NCBI GenBank assembly: GCA_040882645.1
Contig: JBBEAX010000038.1
Location: forward strand, 44,164-108,163
Length of the DNA: 64,000 nucleotides
From: Acidimicrobiia bacterium
GTDB taxonomy: Bacteria > Actinomycetota > Acidimicrobiia > Spongiisociales > UBA11373
Direction of reading: 5' to 3'
Below are positions 26,400 through 36,094 of this stretch, one piece after another. The notes under the pieces are model-generated. The model saw nothing but the letters and a program-made list of their open reading frames with translations. It did not search any database and was not told the origin of the DNA. The position numbers were made by a program, and so were the translations under genes. The number at the start of each line of letters is the position of its first letter. Positions within the stretch are counted from its first letter, which is position 1.

Positions 26400-29006
26400 G
26401 TGAGTTCCTGGCATTCCCTCACTGTCGACGAGGTGGTTGGCCGCGTCGAAAGCGATGGGCGGCACGGCCTGACCGAGATCGAGGCGGCCCGGCGGCTCGC
26501 CGACCACGGGCCCAATGAGGTCCGGTCCGACAAGGGGCCCGGGAGGCTCTCACTGCTCGCCCGTCAGTTGAAGAGCGCGCTGGTCTGGCTCCTGCTCGTC
26601 GCGGCAATCGTCAGCGGCGCCCTGCTGGGCGAGTGGATCGACGCGGGTGTCATCTTCGCCATCGTCGTGCTCAACACGGCCCTCGGCTTCTTCCAGGAGG
26701 CGCGGGCGGAGCAGGCCTTGGCCCACCTGAGGGCGATGGCGGCTCCGGCGGCGGTGGTGATCCGCGAGGGACGCCAGGTATCGGTGCCCACACGCGACCT
26801 GGTGCCCGGCGACATGCTCGTCCTCGAGGCAGGCGTGCTGGTGGCGGCCGATGCACGGGTCGTCGATGCGATCCACCTCGAGGTGGAGGAAGCGTCGCTC
26901 ACCGGCGAGTCGCTGCCGGTTACGAAGCAGACCGATCCGATCGCGGAGACCGGCTCCCTCGGAGACCGCACTTCGATGGTGTTCGCCGGCACGACCGTCG
27001 CCGCGGGTCGTGGCACGGCCCTTGTCGTCGCCACCGGTCGCGCGACCGAGTTCGGCCGCATCGCCGAGTCGCTGGCGGCGGACGAGCCGCCCACCCCCCT
27101 TCAGGTGGAGCTCGACACGGTGGGGAAGCGGCTGGCGGGGATCGCCATCGTCACTGCGGGCATCGTGTTCCTCGCCGGGTGGTGGCGAGGTAATCCCGCG
27201 GAGGCGATGTTCCTCACGGCCGTCGCGCTGGCCGTCGCCGCCATTCCTGAGGGTCTGCCCGCCGTCGTGACCGTCACCCTCTCTCGCGGCGTTCAGCGGA
27301 TGGCGAAGCGCAATGCCATCGTCCGCCGGCTTCCCGCGGTCGAGGCACTCGGGTCGGCGTCGGTCGTGTGCACCGACAAGACCGGGACCCTCACGCAGAA
27401 CCGTCTCGAGGTGCAGGAGGTGCTCCTAGCCGACCTCCGCCTTGCCCCCGCGGAACTCGACCGCGACGACGGGAGGTCCGCCCGGTTCGTCGAGGTGGCC
27501 GTGCTGTGCAGCGACGCCCGGGAGGGAAAGGAGGGGTGGATCGGCGACCCGACCGAGGTGGCGGTGGTGCGCGCCGCCATCGCCGCGGGCGCCGACCCGG
27601 CGGCCATCCGGGATGCCGCCCCGCGGGTGGACGAGCACGGGTTCGACTCCCGACGCAAGCGGATGTCGACCGTGCACGAACTGAATGGGGGGTTCCTGGT
27701 GGCAGCGAAGGGGGCTCCCGAGGTGCTGCTGGCGCGATGCGATCGGATCGAGAACGCCGACGGACCCGGTTTCCTCGACGACGAGCGCCGCGAGGCCGGC
27801 CTCGAGGTTGCCGCCGGCCTCGCTGAAAGGGGATGGCGGACCCTGGCGTTGGCGTATCGCCGCTCCGACAGGATCCCTGCAGATGCGAGCTCCGCCGAGA
27901 TGAGCCTCGTCCTCGTGGCGATCGTCGGCATGAGCGATGCCGTTCGCCCCGAGGCGTCCCCCGCGGTGAAGGAGGCCACCCGGGCCGGGATCCGCGTCGT
28001 CATGGTGACCGGCGACCATGCGGTGACCGCCGAGGCCGTGGCGCGGGACGTCGGCATCCTCGAAGAGGGCGGCGAGGTGATGGGCGGAGATCGGCTCCGG
28101 GAGGTCGATGCCACCGAGCTGGCGGCCGACATTCATCGCTATCGGGTGTTCTCCCGCATCGATCCCCTCGACAAGGTCAAGATCATTGAGGCATGGCGGC
28201 AGCGTGGTGCGATCGTCGCCATGACGGGGGACGGGGTCAACGATGCACCGGCATTACGGTCGGCCGACATCGGGGTAGCGATGGGAAGCGGCACGGACGT
28301 GGCGAAGGAGGCATCGTCGATCGTGCTGGCCGACGACAACTTCGCCTCCATCGTGGCCGCGGTTCGCGAGGGGCGGACGATCTTCAGCAACCTGAAGCGG
28401 GTCGTCTGGTACCTCCTCGCCTGCAACGCTTCGGAAGTGTTCGTGATGTTCGTCGGGTTCCTCGCGTGGGGCGGGCTGGGCGAGCCACTACTTGCCACGC
28501 AGCTCCTCTGGATGAACCTCGTCACCGACGGGCTCCCTGCCCTCGCGCTGGGGGTGGACCCGGCCACCACCGGTGTGATGGACCGTCCCCCCGAACCTGC
28601 ACACGGCGTACTGCAGCGCTGGGGGCTGCTTGCCTCCCGGGGGGCCATCCTGGCTATGGCCGCCCTGCTGGCTCTGATCGTCGGCCACTACGTGCTGGGG
28701 AACGATTGGCCGGTGGTGCGAACGATGATCTTCACCACACTCGTGCTCGTCCAACTGGTGCACGCACTCGAGGTCCGGGCCAGGGTCAAGGGCAAGCCGA
28801 ACCGCTTGCTCCTTTGGTCGCTTGCCGGATCCGTCGCACTACAGGCGGCGGTGGTCTACACGCCGGTCGGCCAGACGCTCTTCGAGACCGAGCCGCTGGG
28901 GGTATTGGCAGTGGCCGTGAGCGTCGGCCTGGCGGCCGGAGCGGGAATCGTGCAGGCGGTCGTGGAAAAGTGCCGCGGACTCAACTCGAGTCGGGGGATC
29001 GAATGA
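26400..29006 (+). CDS. P2-type cation-transporting ATPase (Ca2+/Mg2+-ATPase-like)
   Basis: Contains TGES, CTDKTGTLTQN, MVTGDH, TGDGVNDAPAL and the PEGLP TM4 motif. GTG 26400 is the first plausible start. The upstream 350 codons of the 1219-aa ORF are antisense to the helicase. Confidence 0.88.
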   Translation: MSSWHSLTVDEVVGRVESDGRHGLTEIEAARRLADHGPNEVRSDKGPGRLSLLARQLKSALVWLLLVAAIVSGALLGEWIDAGVIFAIVVLNTALGFFQEARAEQALAHLRAMAAPAAVVIREGRQVSVPTRDLVPGDMLVLEAGVLVAADARVVDAIHLEVEEASLTGESLPVTKQTDPIAETGSLGDRTSMVFAGTTVAAGRGTALVVATGRATEFGRIAESLAADEPPTPLQVELDTVGKRLAGIAIVTAGIVFLAGWWRGNPAEAMFLTAVALAVAAIPEGLPAVVTVTLSRGVQRMAKRNAIVRRLPAVEALGSASVVCTDKTGTLTQNRLEVQEVLLADLRLAPAELDRDDGRSARFVEVAVLCSDAREGKEGWIGDPTEVAVVRAAIAAGADPAAIRDAAPRVDEHGFDSRRKRMSTVHELNGGFLVAAKGAPEVLLARCDRIENADGPGFLDDERREAGLEVAAGLAERGWRTLALAYRRSDRIPADASSAEMSLVLVAIVGMSDAVRPEASPAVKEATRAGIRVVMVTGDHAVTAEAVARDVGILEEGGEVMGGDRLREVDATELAADIHRYRVFSRIDPLDKVKIIEAWRQRGAIVAMTGDGVNDAPALRSADIGVAMGSGTDVAKEASSIVLADDNFASIVAAVREGRTIFSNLKRVVWYLLACNASEVFVMFVGFLAWGGLGEPLLATQLLWMNLVTDGLPALALGVDPATTGVMDRPPEPAHGVLQRWGLLASRGAILAMAALLALIVGHYVLGNDWPVVRTMIFTTLVLVQLVHALEVRARVKGKPNRLLLWSLAGSVALQAAVVYTPVGQTLFETEPLGVLAVAVSVGLAAGAGIVQAVVEKCRGLNSSRGIE

Positions 29007-29015
29007 GGTCGGCAC

Positions 29016-30242
29016 TCACTCGTCTATCACGCCGTCTTGTAGGTCCTCGAAGACCTCTGCGGCGGTTTCTTCGTCGAGAAACACGACGGAAGCGCCGCCT
29101 GCCGCCGTCCCGACCGTGCCAGGCAACACTTGATTGGTGACCTCGGTAGGGCTCATGGTGAAGGCGATGGTGGCGAGGTTGAGCAGGTCGCCGAGCGAGA
29201 GGTTGGTCCAGGTGAAGTCCTGAAGGATGGCAAGGAGGGTGGGAATCTGGGTGACATCTTGTTCGAGCACTCCGTCGAGGGCTCCGAGGATGACCATTCC
29301 TTGGTGGAACGATCGAGTGAAGTCTCCGCCGGAGATGCGCCGGTTGCGACTGAACCCGAGCGCCTTCTCGCCGAACAGGCGTTGAACGCCTCGTGACAGG
29401 AAGGCGTTGGACTTCGGTTCGGCCATCCCGAACGGGACGTCCACCACCACTCCACCGAAGGCATTCACCAGGCTCATGAATCCCCCGAAGCCGGTAACGA
29501 TGTACCCGTCGATCTCCAACCCGGAGAGTTCCTCGGCGATGTCGACCATCTCCTCAGAGTTGCGCTCCGAGCGGGCGTTCACGCTGGAGAACTTGTCCTT
29601 GCCGTAGGACGCCTGGACGTAGGTGTCGCGGGGGAACCCGACGACGCTGCCCGCCCCGCGCTCGACGTTGGCCGAGAGGATGTGGATGCTGTCGGCGCGG
29701 TAAACCGGCTGGAAGCTGCCGATGTTCTTATCGGTGCCGAGGATGAGCACGTGCCGGACGTTGCCGCCGTACCAGGGGCCGACTCCGAACCGGGCGAGAT
29801 GACCTCCGACGATTTCCCAGCCAGACCCTTCGTCCGCCAACAGCACGATGTCGTCGTCGGCGGTCACCACCGCCACTCGTCCCTCGTCGACCTCGGCGGA
29901 GTAGAAGACCGCCTCCACGGTCATATCTGCGGTGGGGTGCACTTCGGCGAGCAGGTCGAGCAGCCCGGCGGGAACGGCCGGAAGAGGAAGCGTTCGGTCA
30001 CCCACCCAGGAGTAGAAGGCCTCGAGCGCCGCCGTAGCCTCGTCGTCTCCCTCCATCACCACGTCGATGACGGCCGAGATGGGGGCGGCCTCGGTGGTCG
30101 TGGTCGGAGGCAGCGTCGTCGGTGCCGACGTGGTGGTGGGCGGAACGGTGGTGGTCGTGGTCGGGCTGCCGGCGTCCCCGCCGCAGGCGGAGCCGATCAG
30201 GGCAAGCACGACGAGGAGGCCTACCGGCCGGGTTGATCTCAT
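29016..30242 (-). CDS. LytR-CpsA-Psr (LCP) family protein
   Basis: N-terminal signal/lipobox-like LALIGSACGG, a Thr/Pro linker, and the LCP core (LILGTD...RADSIHIL...GFPRD). ATGA overlap with the upstream nhaA. Confidence 0.8.
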   Translation of the reverse strand: MRSTRPVGLLVVLALIGSACGGDAGSPTTTTTVPPTTTSAPTTLPPTTTTEAAPISAVIDVVMEGDDEATAALEAFYSWVGDRTLPLPAVPAGLLDLLAEVHPTADMTVEAVFYSAEVDEGRVAVVTADDDIVLLADEGSGWEIVGGHLARFGVGPWYGGNVRHVLILGTDKNIGSFQPVYRADSIHILSANVERGAGSVVGFPRDTYVQASYGKDKFSSVNARSERNSEEMVDIAEELSGLEIDGYIVTGFGGFMSLVNAFGGVVVDVPFGMAEPKSNAFLSRGVQRLFGEKALGFSRNRRISGGDFTRSFHQGMVILGALDGVLEQDVTQIPTLLAILQDFTWTNLSLGDLLNLATIAFTMSPTEVTNQVLPGTVGTAAGGASVVFLDEETAAEVFEDLQDGVIDE

Positions 30243-31687
30243 CGACCTGCGACGTTACCGGTGCCGGTGTCTTGTGGGCTCCGGACCGGCCGGCGGGGCA
30301 TCGAGCGCAGGATGAAGAAGCCGACCAGGCCGGCGATCGCCGACCCGATGAAGATTCCGGTCTTGGCGAAATCCTCGAGTTCATGTGCCCGGAAGGCGAG
30401 GTCGGAGACGAACAGCGAGACGGTGAAGCCGATGCCGGCTACTGCGGCGAGGCCGATCACATGGGCCCAGGTGGTGTTCCGCGGCAGCTCGCCGAGACCG
30501 AAGCGAACCGCGGCCCAGGCGAAGATGCTGATGCCGACGGTCTTGCCCACTATCAGCCCTACGGCCACTCCGAGCGCCACCGGATGGGTGGCGGCGTCGA
30601 CCAGGTCGACGCCGGCGAAGCGGACCCCAGCATTGGCGAGTGCGAAGAGAGGCACCACCACGAACGACGACCAGGGGTGGAGCTTGTTCTCGATCCGGCT
30701 GAGCGGGGGCACCGATTCTCGGGCGACATCGGAGACCTCGAGTGCGCTGAAATCGATCCGATCCTGGCCCAGCGCGCCGGTGGCATCGATTTCGTGCCGG
30801 TCGAGGATCCGGCGGGCTCTCGTGAGGTACTCCTGATCGGTGTACATCGAGCGCGCGGGAGTGAGCATTCCCAGGGCTACTCCGACCAAGGTGGCGTGGA
30901 CTCCGCTCTCGAAGAGGAAGAACCACGCGAGGAAGCCCATCGGCAGGTAGAAGGCGAGCGACCGGATTCCCACCCGCTGGGCTGTCCAGATCGCCGCCAG
31001 CAGCAACAGGGTTGCCCCGAGGAAGCCGAGGGCGACCTCGTCGGTGTAGAACACGGCGATGACCGCAATCGCTCCGATGTCGTCGACGATCGCGAGTGCC
31101 AGCAGGAAGAGCTTTCCGCCCACCGGCACCCGGCTTCCCAGCAGGGCGACCACACCCACCGAAAAGGCGATGTCGGTCGCCATCGGGATTCCCCATCCAT
31201 GGAAAGCCCCGGCGGTGTCACCGGCGATCATGACGTAGATGGTCGCGGGCAGCAGCATGCCTCCGAGCGCCGCCACGACGGGTAGGGCGGCTGCCTTGGG
31301 GCTGCTCAGGTCGCCGCTGACCAACTCCCGCTTGATCTCGAGGCCCACGACGAAGAAGAAGATCGTCATCAACCCGTCGTTGACCACGTGCCGCAGCGTC
31401 TCGGTCAGGTGGAGCGGACCGACGCTGAGCTCGAACTCGGTGTTCCAGAAGGACTCGTACGAGGCTCCCACCGGCGAGTTCGCCCAGATGAGCGCGGCGA
31501 CCGCCGCCAGGAACAGAATCGCACCGCCCGCCGACTCGATATGGGTGAAGCGCAGCAGGGGTCGGACGAATCGTTTCGGGACGGCCCGTTCCGATTCGAG
31601 CCAGGTGACGTGTTCAGAGTTTGGCGACGAGGTTCTTGCCACGGGAGTTGGAGAGTAGTTCGGTCCGCAGGCACTTCGATTGGCCAC
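30239..31687 (-). CDS. nhaA: Na+/H+ antiporter NhaA
   Basis: NhaA-type TM pattern (AGGAILFLAAVAALIWANSP, ALAIVDDIGAI, PLFALANAGV). The exact start is uncertain. Confidence 0.85.
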   Translation of the reverse strand: MANRSACGPNYSPTPVARTSSPNSEHVTWLESERAVPKRFVRPLLRFTHIESAGGAILFLAAVAALIWANSPVGASYESFWNTEFELSVGPLHLTETLRHVVNDGLMTIFFFVVGLEIKRELVSGDLSSPKAAALPVVAALGGMLLPATIYVMIAGDTAGAFHGWGIPMATDIAFSVGVVALLGSRVPVGGKLFLLALAIVDDIGAIAVIAVFYTDEVALGFLGATLLLLAAIWTAQRVGIRSLAFYLPMGFLAWFFLFESGVHATLVGVALGMLTPARSMYTDQEYLTRARRILDRHEIDATGALGQDRIDFSALEVSDVARESVPPLSRIENKLHPWSSFVVVPLFALANAGVRFAGVDLVDAATHPVALGVAVGLIVGKTVGISIFAWAAVRFGLGELPRNTTWAHVIGLAAVAGIGFTVSLFVSDLAFRAHELEDFAKTGIFIGSAIAGLVGFFILRSMPRRPVRSPQDTGTGNVAGR

Positions 31688-31753
31688 GGACCCGGGCTTC
31701 CGGCGCGGCAGTGCCTAGGCTTCCGGCGGCACCATCCATCTCTCGAGGGGCGC

Positions 31754-33082
31754 ATGCGGATCGTCATCATCGGAGCGGGCGCGGTGGGCTCTTACCTCGC
31801 CGAGCGCTTGTCGTTCGAAGGCCAGGACGTGGTCGTGATCGAGTCCGACCCGGCCAAGGCGGCAGAGCTGCAGAGCGCGGTCGATTGCCTCGTGATCAAC
31901 GAGAATGGCGCCAGCATTCATGCCCTCGAAGCGGCGAAAGTCGGGGAGGCGGCCCTGTTGATCGCGGTCACCTCATCCGATGCGGTCAACATCCTGGCGT
32001 GCCAAGCGGCGGCGCGGCTTGGGGTCCCCCGGCGGGTCGCCCGGGTGCAGGACCCGACTCTGAGGGAAGACCTCGACATGCACGGAGTCGATGTCGTGAT
32101 CGACCCGGTCGAAGCTCTCACTCGCGAATTGCTGCTGTTGGTGCGTCGCGGAGGGCTGTCGGAGGTCGTCGAGTTCGCCGGCGGGCGGATCAGCCTCTTC
32201 GGCGGCCGGGTGCAGGCCGATGCTCCCCTCGATGGGATCACTCTGCGGGCACTTCGCCAGCGCGTAGAGGGCTGGGATTGGATCGTCGCCGCCCTGGTGC
32301 GCGACGGGAAGACCACCATCGCCCGGGGAGATTCGATGGTCCGCGCAGGCGATCACGTCCTTGTCGTGACCAGCGACAAGGCAGCCCAAGAGGCGCTGCA
32401 GCTGATGGGCGTCGAAGAGCATCGCGCCAAGAAGGTGTTCATTCTCGGGGCAACCCGGCTGTCCCTCTTGACGGCCGAGCTGTTCGTCCGAAGCGGAATC
32501 AACACGGTGTTGGTTGACACCGATACTGATCGCGCCCTCGATCTGTCGGCCCGGTACGACCGCCTCGTCGTGATCAAGGGTGACCCCACCGATCCCAACA
32601 TCCTCAGGGCGGAAGGCATTTCGAAGGCAGACGTCGTGCTCGGACTCTCGGGGTGGGATGAGGTGAACATTCTTGGTTGCCTCGTCGGTAAGGCGCTCGG
32701 GGTTCACACTGCGGTGGCCCGATTCTCTCGTTTCGAATACGTCTCGCTGTTGGCCGGCCACGGTATCGATGCAGGGGTCTCGACCCGCCTCGCCGCTGCC
32801 AACGAGATTCTGCGCCTGGTGCGACGCGGCCACATCCATTCCGTGTCCACTTTCCAGGACACCGATGCCGAGGCGATCGAACTCCAGGCACCCGCCGGGA
32901 GCCATGCCATCGGCAAGAGCCTCACGGAGATCGGACTCCCCAAGTCGGCCATCGTCGGGGGAATCGTTCGCAAGAAGAAGGCATTCATCCCCCACGGCGA
33001 CACCAGGATCGAGGAGGGCGATCGTGTCATTGCGATCGCCCTGCCCGAGGCGATTTCTGCGGTGGAGAAGCTGTTCTCGTGA
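31754..33082 (+). CDS. trkA: Trk system K+ uptake protein TrkA (tandem RCK)
   Basis: Two Rossmann GxGxxG units are present (IIGAGAVGSYLA and a second ILGATRLS-type), each followed by an RCK_C region. Confidence 0.88.
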   Translation: MRIVIIGAGAVGSYLAERLSFEGQDVVVIESDPAKAAELQSAVDCLVINENGASIHALEAAKVGEAALLIAVTSSDAVNILACQAAARLGVPRRVARVQDPTLREDLDMHGVDVVIDPVEALTRELLLLVRRGGLSEVVEFAGGRISLFGGRVQADAPLDGITLRALRQRVEGWDWIVAALVRDGKTTIARGDSMVRAGDHVLVVTSDKAAQEALQLMGVEEHRAKKVFILGATRLSLLTAELFVRSGINTVLVDTDTDRALDLSARYDRLVVIKGDPTDPNILRAEGISKADVVLGLSGWDEVNILGCLVGKALGVHTAVARFSRFEYVSLLAGHGIDAGVSTRLAAANEILRLVRRGHIHSVSTFQDTDAEAIELQAPAGSHAIGKSLTEIGLPKSAIVGGIVRKKKAFIPHGDTRIEEGDRVIAIALPEAISAVEKLFS

Positions 33083-33139
33083 TGTCCGACGCAAACCGGG
33101 CGCATCGGGTCGCGGCGGCGTGATCGAACGGGACTCGCG

Positions 33140-34588
33140 TTGAGCAGGCGTCGTCTGGCGCTCATCGTGTTCGCGGTCGTCGAGGCGACGGGGGCTGCAA
33201 TGCTCTCGGCCGCGTTGGTCGGCGTCGTTTATCGGGAATGGGACGCCGCCCGGTCGATCGCGTTGGTGGCTGCAGGGACCGTCCTGGTAGGTGACCTGGG
33301 CCGCCGGATGGTTGGTCGGGCAGGCGAGCTGTCGGTGCGCGAAGGGTTTGCGGCGGTCGGCCTCTCCTGGATCACGATGACCTTCGTGGGAACGCTCCCG
33401 TTCCTGGTGACGGGGGCGATACCCAACCTGACCGACGCCTTCTTCGAGACGGCGGCCGGCTTCACAACCACGGGTGCGTCGGTGGTTGCCGACCCCGCAA
33501 CACTCGATCACGCAATCCTCTTTTGGCGCGCGCTGACCCAATGGATGGGTGGCATGGGGATCATCGTGCTTTCGATCGCGGTGCTCCCTCTGCTCGGTGT
33601 CGGCGGCGTTCAGTTGGCGCGAGCCGAGTCGCCGGGGCATTCGCCAGATCGCCTCACCCCGCGATTTCGGGAAACCGCGAAGAGGTTGTGGCTTCTCTAC
33701 GTCGGGTTCACAGCCTTCCAAGCAGTACTGCTGACGTTCAGTGACATGAACCTCTTCGAGGCGATCTGCCACGCCTTCACCACGATGTCGACCGGGGGAT
33801 TCAGCACCCGGCCGGAGTCCCTCGGCGCCTTCAACGAATACGCCCAGTGGGTGGCCGTTACCTTCATGGTGATTGCGGGGGCCTCGTTCGCCCTTCACTA
33901 TCGGGCGCTGAGGGACGCGAGGGAGTATCCGCGGAGTGCCGAGTTCAGGCTGTACGCCATGATCGTTGCGGGCGGAGCACTGTTTCTGGTTGCGGGCAGG
34001 TGGGGTCACGGAGTGACCGACGCGATACGCGAGGGCGTCTTCAACGCGGTGTCGATCATCACCACCACCGGATTCACCAACGCCGACTTTGCCGGGTGGT
34101 CCTCGGCGCTGCAGATCGCGATCGTCGGGTTCATGTTCGTGGGTGGCATGTCAGGCTCGACTGCCGGGGGGGTCAAGACCTATCGACTGGCCGTGTTGAC
34201 GAACTCCGGCCGGACCGACCTGCGGCGCGTCATCCACCCGCTGGGCGTGTTCCGCACACGGATGGGTGCCAAACCAGTTGACGATGCGGTCGTCCACAGT
34301 GTCCAAACGTTCTTTCTCTTCTACATGCTCGCCTTCATGACCGGCACGCTGCTGCTCGCCATGATCGAGTCGGGTCTCGGAGTCGGTGACGACCTGATCA
34401 CGTCCGTCTCGGCAGTCGCCTCGGCGCTCGGGAACATCGGCCCTGGGTTGTCGGCGGTTGGGCCTACCGAGACCTACGCACACCTGCACGACACCGGCAA
34501 GTGGCTGCTTTCAAGCCTGATGATCATTGGCCGCCTCGAGATCTTCCCGGTGGTCCTGCTATTCACCCGCGAACTCTGGCGGCGTTGA
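33140..34588 (+). CDS. trkH: TrkH-family K+ transporter
   Basis: Multi-TM protein with repeated pore-loop motifs (TTTGASV, MSTGGFS, TTTGFTN, GSTAGGVK). Confidence 0.88.
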   Translation: MSRRRLALIVFAVVEATGAAMLSAALVGVVYREWDAARSIALVAAGTVLVGDLGRRMVGRAGELSVREGFAAVGLSWITMTFVGTLPFLVTGAIPNLTDAFFETAAGFTTTGASVVADPATLDHAILFWRALTQWMGGMGIIVLSIAVLPLLGVGGVQLARAESPGHSPDRLTPRFRETAKRLWLLYVGFTAFQAVLLTFSDMNLFEAICHAFTTMSTGGFSTRPESLGAFNEYAQWVAVTFMVIAGASFALHYRALRDAREYPRSAEFRLYAMIVAGGALFLVAGRWGHGVTDAIREGVFNAVSIITTTGFTNADFAGWSSALQIAIVGFMFVGGMSGSTAGGVKTYRLAVLTNSGRTDLRRVIHPLGVFRTRMGAKPVDDAVVHSVQTFFLFYMLAFMTGTLLLAMIESGLGVGDDLITSVSAVASALGNIGPGLSAVGPTETYAHLHDTGKWLLSSLMIIGRLEIFPVVLLFTRELWRR

Positions 34589-34656
34589 TCGATCGAGGTC
34601 CGTCGCCGGGCTCCGTGCGCAATGGGGTCTATGTTCGGCTACCTAGAGTGACGGGA

Positions 34657-35316
34657 ATGCGGGTCGTCATTGCGGGGTGCGGGCGGGTGGGCCGTCAGGT
34701 CGCCATGCTCCTCTCGGAGGCCGGTGAGGACGTCTCCGTGGTCGACAACAGGCCCGAAGCCGCGGAGCTTCTGGGGAAATCGTTCGATGGCACTTTCCAC
34801 GCAGGCCTCGCCTACGACGTCGAGGTGCTCGAAGAGGCAGGAATCCGCGAGGCGGATGCTTTCCTTGCAGTCACCGACTCCGACAACGCCAACCTGATGG
34901 CGGTCCAGCTGGCCAAGCAAGTGTTCGGAGTGCCCCTGGCGATCGCCCGTCTCGACGATCCCGATCGCGAGCAGTCCTACCGCGCCCTCAATGTGTCGTT
35001 CGTCGCCGGCGCCCACCTGGTGGCCAAGGTCATGGCCGAGCGGGTCCGGGAGCCCGACTTCGACTACCACGTCACGTTCCCCACCGGCGATGTGCAGGTT
35101 CTCGAGATCGTGGTGGGACGCGGCGCCGCCGGGGTGAGTGTGAGGGCGCTCGAGCGAGAGGGCGGGATCCGGGTAGCCGCCGTTCGCCGGGGCGACGAGG
35201 TGATGGTGGCGGCGGAGGATCTCGTGGTCGAGAGTGGGGACATCGTCGTGGCTGCGGTCAAGCAGGGCTCGGAGCAGCGTCTCCGGGGATTTCTGGCGGA
35301 GGAGCAGGGATCATGA
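34657..35316 (+). CDS. TrkA/KtrA-like RCK protein (single NAD-binding + RCK_C)
   Basis: Begins MRVVIAGCGRVGRQVA (GxGxxG) and ends with a C-terminal RCK_C-like beta domain. Confidence 0.8.
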   Translation: MRVVIAGCGRVGRQVAMLLSEAGEDVSVVDNRPEAAELLGKSFDGTFHAGLAYDVEVLEEAGIREADAFLAVTDSDNANLMAVQLAKQVFGVPLAIARLDDPDREQSYRALNVSFVAGAHLVAKVMAERVREPDFDYHVTFPTGDVQVLEIVVGRGAAGVSVRALEREGGIRVAAVRRGDEVMVAAEDLVVESGDIVVAAVKQGSEQRLRGFLAEEQGS

Positions 35317-35963
35317 GGGTCGTCGTCGTGGGTGGCGGCAAGGTGGGGAGCTACCTCGTCGCCCAGCTGCTGCGGGCTGGAAAGTCGGTCACGGTCATTG
35401 AGGCCGACGAACGCCGGGCGGCGGACCTCGCTGAGGCGACCAAGGCCCTCGTGATCGAGGGTGACGGCACCGCGATAGCCGTCCTCGAGAGTGCCAACAT
35501 CGACCGGGCCGATTGGCTCGTGGCGGTCACCGGACTGGACGAGGTGAATCTGGTCGCGTGCGAGTTGGGAGCGACGCTCGGGGTGCGCCGGACGCTTGCC
35601 CGGCTGAACGACCCGCGCAACAGGCGCACTTTCGCCGCGCTCGAGATCCCGGTCGTCTCGGTGACGGATCTGATCGGTGAGGTCATCGAGCGCGAGGTAG
35701 ATGTCGCCCAGGTCGAACGACTGCTGCTGGTCGGCGGCGGTGTCAGTCTCATCGAGGTCGAGGTGCCTGGCGACGTTCCGGATCGGCGGGTCGACGAGCT
35801 GCGCCTGCCGCCCGACACGGTGTTGGGGGCGGTTGTCGGGGGCGGCGTCGTCAGCATTCCGGGGGCTGATACGGTGATCCATCCGGGGGACCGGGTGTTT
35901 GCTCTGACGTTGCTCGACCGCGAGAGCGCGGCGCGAGCGAGGATCAGGGGCGACGAGGTCTGA
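35313..35963 (+). CDS. TrkA/KtrA-like RCK protein (second copy)
   Basis: Begins MRVVVVGGGKVGSYLV. ATGA overlap with the previous gene. Confidence 0.8.
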   Translation: MRVVVVGGGKVGSYLVAQLLRAGKSVTVIEADERRAADLAEATKALVIEGDGTAIAVLESANIDRADWLVAVTGLDEVNLVACELGATLGVRRTLARLNDPRNRRTFAALEIPVVSVTDLIGEVIEREVDVAQVERLLLVGGGVSLIEVEVPGDVPDRRVDELRLPPDTVLGAVVGGGVVSIPGADTVIHPGDRVFALTLLDRESAARARIRGDEV

Positions 35964-36094
35964 TGCCACATAGAAACACGACGCGCGACCGGGTGGTCTC
36001 AGGGTTGGTGGTGTTTCTTGCCGAGGCCCTGGTGACGGTCGCCGCCATTGGATTGGCTCTGGCGGTCGCGTTGTTGGCGACCGTGATCGTCTGA
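35963..36094 (+). CDS. 43-aa single-TM peptide (absent from the ORF track)
   Basis: The hand translation is MPHRNTTRDRVVSGLVVFLAEALVTVAAIGLALAVALLATVIV. Both junctions are TGATG overlaps (with the upstream RCK gene and the downstream trkH-like gene). GC3 is high. Confidence 0.4.
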   Translation: MPHRNTTRDRVVSGLVVFLAEALVTVAAIGLALAVALLATVIV